This document shows, in pieces, positions 54,960-64,000 of a DNA stretch of 64,000 nucleotides. Position 1 is the first letter of the stretch. Every line of letters begins with the position of its first letter. The notes below the pieces were generated by a model, which saw nothing but the letters and a program-made list of their open reading frames with translations, did not search any database and was not told where the DNA came from. The DNA comes from Octopus bimaculoides (taxonomy: Eukaryota): contig NC_068986.1 of NCBI RefSeq assembly GCF_001194135.2, positions 46,512,977 through 46,576,976 on the forward strand, written 5' to 3'. The translations under genes and the position numbers were made by a program.

Positions 54960-55750
54960 CTGTCACACCCTAGTGGCTGAGGGAACCTGTGGAAGAGGTA
55001 GACCCAAGAAGACCTAGGATGAGGTGGTTAACCACAACTTTCAAACATTAGGCCTCACCGAGGCAATGACTAGTGACCGAGACCTTTAGAAATATGCTGT
55101 GCTTGAGAAGACCCGGCAAGCCAAGTGAGACCATAACCCATGGCCTATGCCAATGGTGTAACCAGCCCACTTATGCATACCTTTCTTTCATTGGACATTA
55201 AACTCTGCTTGAGAAGACCTGTTGAGGCAAGTGAAATCAAAATCAAATTCGCTGACGTGGCCGATAACAGCACCGCATGACTGGCATCCATGCTAATGGA
55301 ACGCTGAGAGCACCATCCAAGTGTGATCGTTGCCAGGGCCGCTGACTGGCTTCTGTGCCAGTGGCACGTAAAAAGCACCATTCGAGCATGATCATTACCA
55401 GTGTTGCCTTACTGGCACTTGTGCTAGTGGCACGTGAAAAACAACATTCGAGCGAGGTCGTTGCCAGTGTCGCTGGACTGGCTCCTGTGCAGTTGGCACA
55501 TAAAAAACACCATTTGAGCGTGGCTGTTGCCAGTACTACCTGACTGGACCTCATGTCGGTGGCATGTATAAGCACCCACTACACTCTCAGAGTGGTAGGT
55601 GTTAGGAAGAGCATCCAGCTGTAGAATCTCTGCCAGATCAGATTGGAGCTTGGTGCAGCCTTCTGGTTCGCCAGTCCTCAGTCAAATCATCCAACCCATG
55701 CTAGCATGGAAGGTAGACGTTAAACGATGATGATGATGATGATGATGATA
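54960..55750 (+). mobile_element. RTE LINE 3' end plus tail repeat ending in (GAT)n
   Basis: GGAAGAGGTAGACCCAAGAAGACC (RGRPKKT-like)...CCATGCTAGCATGGAAGGTAGACGTTAAACGATGATGATG; longest copy of the family here. Confidence 0.8.
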
Positions 55751-55762
55751 TGATAGAATTTA

Positions 55763-56195
55763 TCTCCCTTCATAAGAGTGGTAAATTTTGTATTTTCATT
55801 TATTATTATTATTATTAAACCTTGGGAGAGGCATTATGCCAGTAATAAACACACGCACTGGTTCAGTCCTTTATTAATTTATATAGTTTTTTGTTAAATT
55901 ATTTCATTGCACTCTTGCAATCTCTTCAGTAACTTGTCTCTCCACTTCCATTTATTTTGAATATATGATCTGGCGTTGTTTTGGCGTTGTTTCGAGACTG
56001 TTTGGTATTATTATTATTATTATTTTATTTGTATTATGAATTCAGAATTGATTTCCCAATATAAGAATAAATTGTAGCGGAATTGAAGAATAAATTGAAT
56101 TTAGAATAACAAATTTCTATACAACATATTTTGCTTTTACTTCCAATATATAAGGAACAATTTCATTCCTGGGTAATGCCAGGTGCCTCTGCTAG
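55763..56195 (+). mobile_element. Probable non-autonomous Helitron
   Basis: 5' A|TC at 55762-64; 3' hairpin CCTGG-GTAATG-CCAGG (56168-56183) followed by CTAG|T (56192-56196). Confidence 0.5.
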
Positions 56196-56523
56196 TCTTC
56201 TATATAAATGAAGCTATATCCTTTAATTTGCTGCTATTCTTTACATGAAATGAGAAGATACATTGTGGAATTGTTGTTTTAATGAGTTATATCTATTTGT
56301 CACCTGAAGCGACACATCTGTACTGTTGGATGCTCCTGATCCAGTAGTTAAGTATCCTTCCCATGAGGATTGAGGCTAGATGTGTCAAAACAATTATAGC
56401 GATTAATAAAAATTCTCATTTCTTCCATCTCTCATTTATCATATATATTGATAATATTAAAAATAAGGTTTACTTCAAAGTAGCAATAGCATCACCTTTA
56501 ATTCTATAATTATATACTGCCTT

Positions 56524-56614
56524 TTAAGACCAACACATGTTTCAATTGCATCAATTAGTAATCATTGCAATTGCAACCTTTCTATAAAATGGTGCAGGCC
56601 CATCAGGGTCTTAA
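56524..56614 (-). ncRNA. Type I hammerhead ribozyme-like motif (variant core)
   Basis: Minus strand: TTAAGACC-CTGATGG-[56 nt, partly paired]-GAAA-C-ATGT-G-T-T-GGTCTTAA; 8-bp helix I; palindromic ACATGT helix III. Confidence 0.5.
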
Positions 56615-57002
56615 CTTAATATCCTTCGGTATGGCCATTTAATGATTTTCTTTTATTTGGTTAAGGAAATATATTCAGAATTATGCAACGGAATATTCAT
56701 CTGATTTATCTTATCTTATAAGAGCCTTATTGTATTTATGTTAACTGTTGAATAACATATTTTGAATAACTAACTGAAAGCAAACTGGTCATCGTTTTGG
56801 GACAACCCCTTACTTTTTACTTATATATATATATATATATATATACATGTAGATATTCAACTAGAAGTTGTGTTAACCTCATGAAGGGATTGTTTCATTC
56901 AAGGAAATACTGGTTGAATACCTAATATTGGGGAATTAATTTCCTTAAAATAATAGGTATATATATATATAAAATCATAGCTTATATTCATATAACAGAA
57001 GA

Positions 57003-57394
57003 AAAAGAAAATGGAAATTGGGAAGTTAATTGTTCATTATTAACAACAAATCAATGATCATCCATTATAGCTGTTTCAATTAATACTCAGTGAATCTAAT
57101 TAAATATTAAATTCATATGACCTGAGCATAATATCTTCAGAGGGAAAGGAAATATACCCTTGGATGTTTTATATGTGTTTATGGATTCATTATAGCGGAC
57201 TCATTCAATCCACTATATTGAATCCATAAACACATATAAAACATCCAAGGGTATATTTCCTTTCTCTCTGAAGATATTATGCTCAGGTCATATGAATTTA
57301 ATATTTAATTAGATTCACTGAGTATTAATTGAAACAGCTGTAATTTGTTGTTAATAATAAACAATTATTAACTTCCCAATCTCCATTTTCTTTT
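57003..57394. repeat. Long imperfect palindrome (~190-bp arms, 9-nt loop)
   Basis: Arms pair up to loop CTCATTCAA (57200-57208), with substitutions and a ~14-nt indel. Confidence 0.9.
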
Positions 57395-60300
57395 ACACAC
57401 TTTTATGTGTGTGTGTGTGTGTGTGGGGGGGGGCTATACCATCTTCCCAACTATCTCACTCAGGTTCCCAGTTTAGAAGCATGGCCCAAATATATTGCCA
57501 TATAAGGCAAAGGCCAGCTATGAGAAATTTCCTGTATCACCATAACAGGAACTAATCACTACATGAACTTGGTTCAACCAATGAGATCAGCCAGTATGTA
57601 ACAATCTAGTAGGCAGACTTCAAAGTAAGTTTTGTGAATTTTTGTACCAAATAGTTCTGGTGAAGGTTCTAGAAACTTATTGAATGTTATAATGGGCTGA
57701 GGGTACTAAACTCCTGCAACAAACAACCCTAGGTGTTATGCAGAACTTTATCAATCACCATGTAAAAATAGAATAAACCGAAGGGTTACATATCCAGTGA
57801 ATCAAAGCTATTCATTGTCTCATTCAGATTTGCAACTTTTACTAAACTAATTACTTAACTATTACAGAATTAAATTTGTAATTCAAACAAATAGTCTGAA
57901 CTACTTCTTGTCAATGTGTGAAGAGAATCTCTTTATGAAAATTTTCTATAAACTTACAAATTCTAATAATTCTATTAGTATTTCTGCTATTTGATTATTT
58001 CAGTTTAGTATGAAAATGTATCTGCAACTAATGAATAATTAGGTGTCTAGTGGAGTACCATTACAAGATTCAATTTTCTAATTGCATAGAATATCCTTTG
58101 TATTAAATCAGCACATGGATGTTTAAGATGGCAGACAGTTGGCATTGTGTACAACAATATTTCAGCTTATTCAATGATGCTATGTGCAGATCTTGAATTC
58201 CTAATTATTGATCCACAAAAAACCGAAAATTCTGTTTTCTATATGAAGTACCTTTTTACTGGAGGTTATCTCCAGTAAGAAAGTGCTGTACTCCTTTAAA
58301 TATCAACTCTTTTTCAAAGGTTCTGAAGTTCTTTCCACAGGCTCAGTGTGAATTGTGTAATATTATATTGTAGCCTTTTGCACTGGGCATAAAAACCATC
58401 TCCCTTTCTAGTACAGACCCAATCAATCATGCAGTTTTGTTTTAGTTACAAGCAATAAATATTTAATAGCCAGATGCAATATGTACTGATTTGTGGTAAT
58501 CTAGGCTGATAAAGAGCAGAGGAAAACTAGCTGTGGGGTCTTTTTCCATCTTGTGAGTTACTTAGTGACTCCATTAGTACTGTTTTTAGTAAAATGGATG
58601 GTGTTAGGAAGGACATCCAGTCATAGAAAACCTTGCCAGAGCTTGATGCATTTCACAGACTCAATGAATCCTGTTGAACCATCCCATTCATGTCAGCATG
58701 GAAGATGATGATGATTATGACGACAACAGTAACAATGATAATGGTGATGATGTTGCAAGTCATACACATATGGTATTTATGTTTTATAATGGTTTTGAGG
58801 TTGTCTAACTTAAATTTTGAAAGAATTATGCATTTTTGTTGAATATATTTTCAATATTTTTTCATAACAGGCCATGGTCAGAAAATAAGTTTGCAGTGTA
58901 GATAATTATTACATTACAATGATTTGTAATACCTTTGCTTCAAATCAAAAATTATTACCTTCAATTTCCAGACACTGCTTCAATATTCACACTTCAGTTT
59001 AATCAATGAATGTACAGTCAACTGTCCAATGCACAGATAATTAATATAAAGTGAGAAGCATCTCTCCCAATATGCTGCAAAGTTTTAAGCACTAATTTTT
59101 CTACATGTCCTTAGTCAAGATCAAACAAATTGTAAGTAAATGAAATACTTGGACAGAAAAGATTAGATTGCTTACCCTCACTGTCCATGTAAATAACGAT
59201 ATTTTCCATAAAGGACCAAGTTAAAAATAAATTCTATTGTTACATTGGAATCAAAGGCATTCAGATGCATCATATGTTATCTTGCTGCCAAAAGCTCATT
59301 TAATAATCCCTGAAATTATTTGAATTTGCAGAACTATCTAACAATATAAAAATATTGTTAAAACAAGTAGAAAAGAAAAACTTTCATCAATGAAGTCTGT
59401 AACTGAAATTATTTGTAAACACAGATTTTAGGACACATTAGATATGCACTTCTGAATGTAAGTCTGGATGCACAATAGTTGAAAAAGATGGGATAGTCAT
59501 AGCTAAAATGCTATTGGTTATATATTTGCTTGATCAGAGCTTATTTAGGGCCAACCAACAATTCGAATATGTCAGATTGATCTGTCAGATAAGATATTTG
59601 TTTCATTTTATCGTTAACATGTTTTTCTCTTAGCTCCATGACCTGGCTTTCCTTTGTTCGCTATCTGCCCAGACTTCCACATATCAGCTACATATAGCAT
59701 CTGTCTATTAAATATTAATTGCCTATTACTAAAACAAAGCTGTATCACTTAAGTTACTATATTAGTTACTATATTAAGTTACTATATTAGTGAACATTTA
59801 AATGTTTAAATTCTTCAGTGACCACTTAATGCTAACCTATCCTAACTAATAAACAAACTTCTTTTACATTCATCCTTATATATGTCTGTATGTGTTGTGT
59901 GTATGCAAGTGTGCATACACACAATGTGTATATATATATATATCATTTTATAAACACAGGATTTAAACATGAGCTACTATGAATTTCCTGTTTCTATATA
60001 ATATAGAAGGCAGATGAGCTTGTATGGTATGCTGTGACCTATCCTGCAATCCTTCTAGCTCAAAATAAGCATGGCTACTCTGAGAAAATGCGTCAAAGAA
60101 TGGGGAAGAAAGAAAGAAGACAAAGAAAGCTTGGAGGGAAGGGAGATAAGAGTTATGACCCTTTGGCTCATTAGAAGGGGGGGGGGATTAACGATGGTTC
60201 ATGGGGTTAATTTGATATGGAAATGTTAAAGCTTGTAAGACTATATGCCTAACACAGGGAGGATTGTATTCTCCAGTGCAATAGTTGAAACCTGTCAAGA

Positions 60301-62204
60301 TATTTGCATTTTATGAAAATCTGTGATCTTGAATGAAATAGACCAAAGAAGTTCTTAGATTTGAAGATATGAGTTCTTTCAGTTATAAAAAGCCTGCACC
60401 TCCTTAACCTATTAACATGCAGTGTGGATTGCTTAACGATGCTCCGTTGATGGTGTGTGGGTGGGATATTTTTAAGTGTAAGAACTCCATCAAGCAACTT
60501 ATAAAATATTTGAATGTTCAATGTTTTGTCAGACACCAATAACTGCATAAAGTGAATAAAAACAGAGTATCAACAACACAACATCGATACTTAAACATCA
60601 TTAATATTTTATACTTCTGTTTATACTGTATAGCACAGTATTGATGTATATAGAATTGAAAATGCAGCTGAAGTTCTTTACTAATTCAAACCACTTAACT
60701 AATATGATCTGATTCCTGTCCAAAGTCAGTTTTATCTTTGTAAAGATTAAAGGTCACTTGTCATTTCTTTACAATCAAGACATGAATGAAATATTATATG
60801 TAATTCCAAACAAAAATAGAAAATAATCCTCTTTTCTCTTTTCCCAAGATAAGAGATTTAGGTTAACTTGATTAAAAATCATACTCAAACAAAAGTTTTA
60901 TCTAAATTTGATTGAACACAACTGTCGGTAGAATTTTTCCTGTTCTGACCAGTTTGGGTGAATAAGGATTATTAAAAGTATGAGAAGAACAGCATATTCT
61001 TGTTTAAATAAATACATTAAATTGCTGCATATGATATGTTATTCGGTTTCAAAGAAATGACTGCAAATATAATTTCAAAGCATACACATCAAAATGTAGC
61101 ATATTTGTATTTATACATGATATTAGCTCAAATAATTACTTATTTCTCATTATAATACACTTATTTTGTCACAAAGGAAATGGAATTTTTATAAGCTTCT
61201 AGTGCAATGTAAATATTTATCTCTGCAATTAACTATAGTAATTATGAAGTGAAAAACTATAATTCTTTGGGATGGGCTACACTGATAATTAAAATGTTTT
61301 CATAAATAAAGAAATGAATGAATAGACATTAAAGATTAAAAGAGAAACATAAGAAAGGAAACAGAGAAATTATTGGCTGTAATGGATAAAGAAAATAAAT
61401 TTATGATGAATTATGTTAAATGGTGTGATTAATAGAAATAAGAAAATGTTCTATAGACGCATAACTAAAATGACTTCAATATGTTACTGATTATTAGGTC
61501 ATATTTTTATTCTGTTGTTTCAATATTTAATGACTTAGCCAGAGGACGAATGGTAGTTCCCATGATATTTGAAAAGCCTCCATGACTTAACAAGAGGAAG
61601 GAGGAAGTTATCCACAGAGTGGAGACTTGGTGTGAATATTTGTACTGAGGGAGATTCAGCAAAACATCCACTAGAAACAAGTGGTGATGTAAAACAGGGC
61701 AATAAATTAAGTCTACCATCAAAAAGCAAAACAGGAATGGTCATTCTGATGGACTCAAGAGATTTGTCTACTAAATTTGACTTGTTAGGCTTTGGCTGTC
61801 TCCAGACTGTAGTAGAAGACACTAGCCCAAGGTGCTATACAGATAGATTGAACCTGAAGTTATATAATGGCAAAGCAAACTTTCTAACTATGCAGCCATT
61901 CCTTCTGCTACTGCATGCAATGTTAAGGGGGTATTTTTCTTTATGGAGCAGGAGACAGTAAAATACAGAATTCAGTGCAGTAGTTTCTCGTTTAAAAATA
62001 TATAAATTTAGGCTTGGTAAATGATTACAATAAATATCCAAAAACGTTAGTATTGAGTTACTAAACAAATTCATTGTTATATTCACCTCCTAAGTTATTA
62101 AATGCTCACAGTCCAGCCAATGCCAGCACTAAAAATGAATGTTAATAATGAGGGCGATGTTGATGTTCATATTACAAATGCAATAGCAAAGCTTTTTAAG
62201 TAAA

Positions 62205-62550
62205 ATAGTTTGGTTAAGAGGCTTGCATTGTAACCATGTGGTTATAGGTTCAGTCTCACTGCCTGGCATCTTGGACAAATATCTTATACTATAGCCCTGG
62301 GCAGACCAATACTTTGTAAGTATATATGTATGTATATTTATATATATCTATGTATAGTGTGTATGTCTTTGAGCTTGTGTTTGACACCTCACCACTGCTT
62401 CACAACTGGTGCTACATTTTTTAATGTTCCTGTAACTTAGCAGTTCAGCTATAAATGAGTACTAATGAGTACTAATGTCAATTTGTTCAACTAAAATCAA
62501 GACAGTGCCCCTGCATGGCTGCAATCCAATGACTGAAGCAAGTAAAAGAT
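62205..62550 (+). mobile_element. tRNA-derived SINE composite copy
   Basis: GGTTAAGAGGCTTGC...GGTTCAGTCTCAC...CTATAGCCCTGGGCAGACC...TGACTGAAGCAAGTAAAAG. Confidence 0.7.
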
Positions 62551-63814
62551 AAAAGAACTAGAACTAAAGTATTCTACTCTAATGGAAACTTATAGCTGAG
62601 TAATACAGTCCAAATAATTAATAAAAGCAAGAGGTGAAGATTACCTTTCTGACCCACATTAGTTACTACATCATTCTCCTTCAGTAGCTCCAAGATTACA
62701 GAATTTTCAATTTGATGGTTGTATCTCTGACCCCTTTTTACCTTGATTTTCCCCCCGCAGGCATTTTTTATATATGCTAACTTCATGGCAACATTTTGAA
62801 TACATTGAGACGAAGAGAAAGTGAAGATGAAAGGTCTTTCATTTTATCTTGCTTCCTTTTACTTAGACAATTTTCTCATCAAAATATTACTTTCTAAAGT
62901 TGTGCATTTCTGTATTTAGATGAATCCTGCTTTTATATATTCCTTATTTAAATCTAAATAACTTTTTATTGATCATATAACATTAAACATCTAAGTTACA
63001 ATTAATCTCTACATATACTCTCCTTTCATTTATTATCACAATCTCTAGTTCCTCTTGTATTTTACCATCCATATTTATTGATATATCAAATCTTTTCAGT
63101 TCACTATCCTGCTGCAATATTCTCCTAACTTCTTAATTTTCAGTCAGTATCTCTTGCACTTCCTTTCATAAATAAGAAATATGACAACTCGGGTTATGCT
63201 AAATGTAACTCTTTTTTGGAGAGTGGCTATTAATAATGTCATTGCACAAGTATATTTATTGGCACAATAAATATACTTAATTGTTGTTAAAAATCTGTAA
63301 CGCAAGTAGCTGTTTGAATGAACTATGCTCCAGTCTGGCCTGGGAATACACTGAACTCAATGTCTAACACTGAATTATTATATGTTATACTTTGCCATTT
63401 TGATTAGTATTTAAGCAATGGTACTTAGAGTCATATGCTAACATTTATTTAGAAAGGAACGAGATTATTTTTAAAAGAGAGAAGTTTTACTATCAAAACA
63501 AGTTGAATGGCTATCATCATCATCATCATCATAGATGGTCTAACATCCGGGTTTTCAATGTCTGCATGAGTCAATTGGAATTCATTGAGGCAGATTACCT
63601 ATGGTTGGAAGCACTTCTTGTTGCCAACCCATGACTGTTTCTAAGTAAAGTAATATTTCTCCATGGCTGGACATGTTTTCATAAAAGATTGGAAACAAAG
63701 GACACCATTTGTATGATACTGCTGCTTTGTTTTTACATCTATTATACAATGTCAAGCCAAAGAGACAGGAAATGCTAACACAATCCCCACCACAAACACA
63801 TACACATATACGAT

Positions 63815-63968
63815 GGCTTCTTTAAATTTCTGTTTACCAAATCCATTCAAAACACTTTAGGTTGACCTGGGGCCACAGTAGAAGACACTTGCCTAGGATG
63901 CCATGCAGTAGGAGGGAATCTGAAACCATGACGTTGAGAAGTAAACTTCTTAACCATACAGCCATACC
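63815..63968 (-). mobile_element. tRNA-derived SINE copy
   Basis: CCAAATCCATTCA...AGAAGACACTTGCCTAGG...CTTCTTAACCATACAGCCATACC. Confidence 0.7.
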
Positions 63969-64000
63969 TAGACCTTGGTTAAAGCAACTAAACCATTGAA

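Noticed and set aside
61569-61961. 130-aa plus-strand ORF
   Set aside because: The first half looks like a decayed RT motif (GDVKQGNKLS) and the second half is a SINE in reverse.

Overview
AT-rich, microsatellite- and SINE-dense eukaryotic genomic DNA with nine N gaps. The repeat landscape resembles an octopus/cephalopod draft scaffold (inference, not proven). Most ORF-track entries are artefacts of (AT)n/(AC)n tracts or N runs. Supported content: a Tx1/L1 ORF2 fragment (1-470, -), CR1-type and RTE-type RT fragments, a TIR-complete but defective D,D34D mariner nested in a SINE (20118-21362), other Tc1/mariner remnants, a probable non-autonomous Helitron, and many tRNA-derived SINEs and RTE-tail repeats. 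Hidden from the ORF track are five small minus-strand exons (22169-32267) with GT-AG sites and compatible phases. They join into a 137-aa open peptide containing LQRF-x11-IRLVKIW, which resembles the OAS/Mab-21(cGAS)-type nucleotidyltransferase fold. This is the most interesting candidate, but the family assignment is by eye and the catalytic GS..DxD motif was not located. Also notable: a type I hammerhead-like motif (56524-56614, -), two imperfect long foldback elements (10600-10793, 57003-57394), and an ETS-motif-rich, CpG-retaining stretch near the window start. No tRNA, rRNA or CRISPR features were found.
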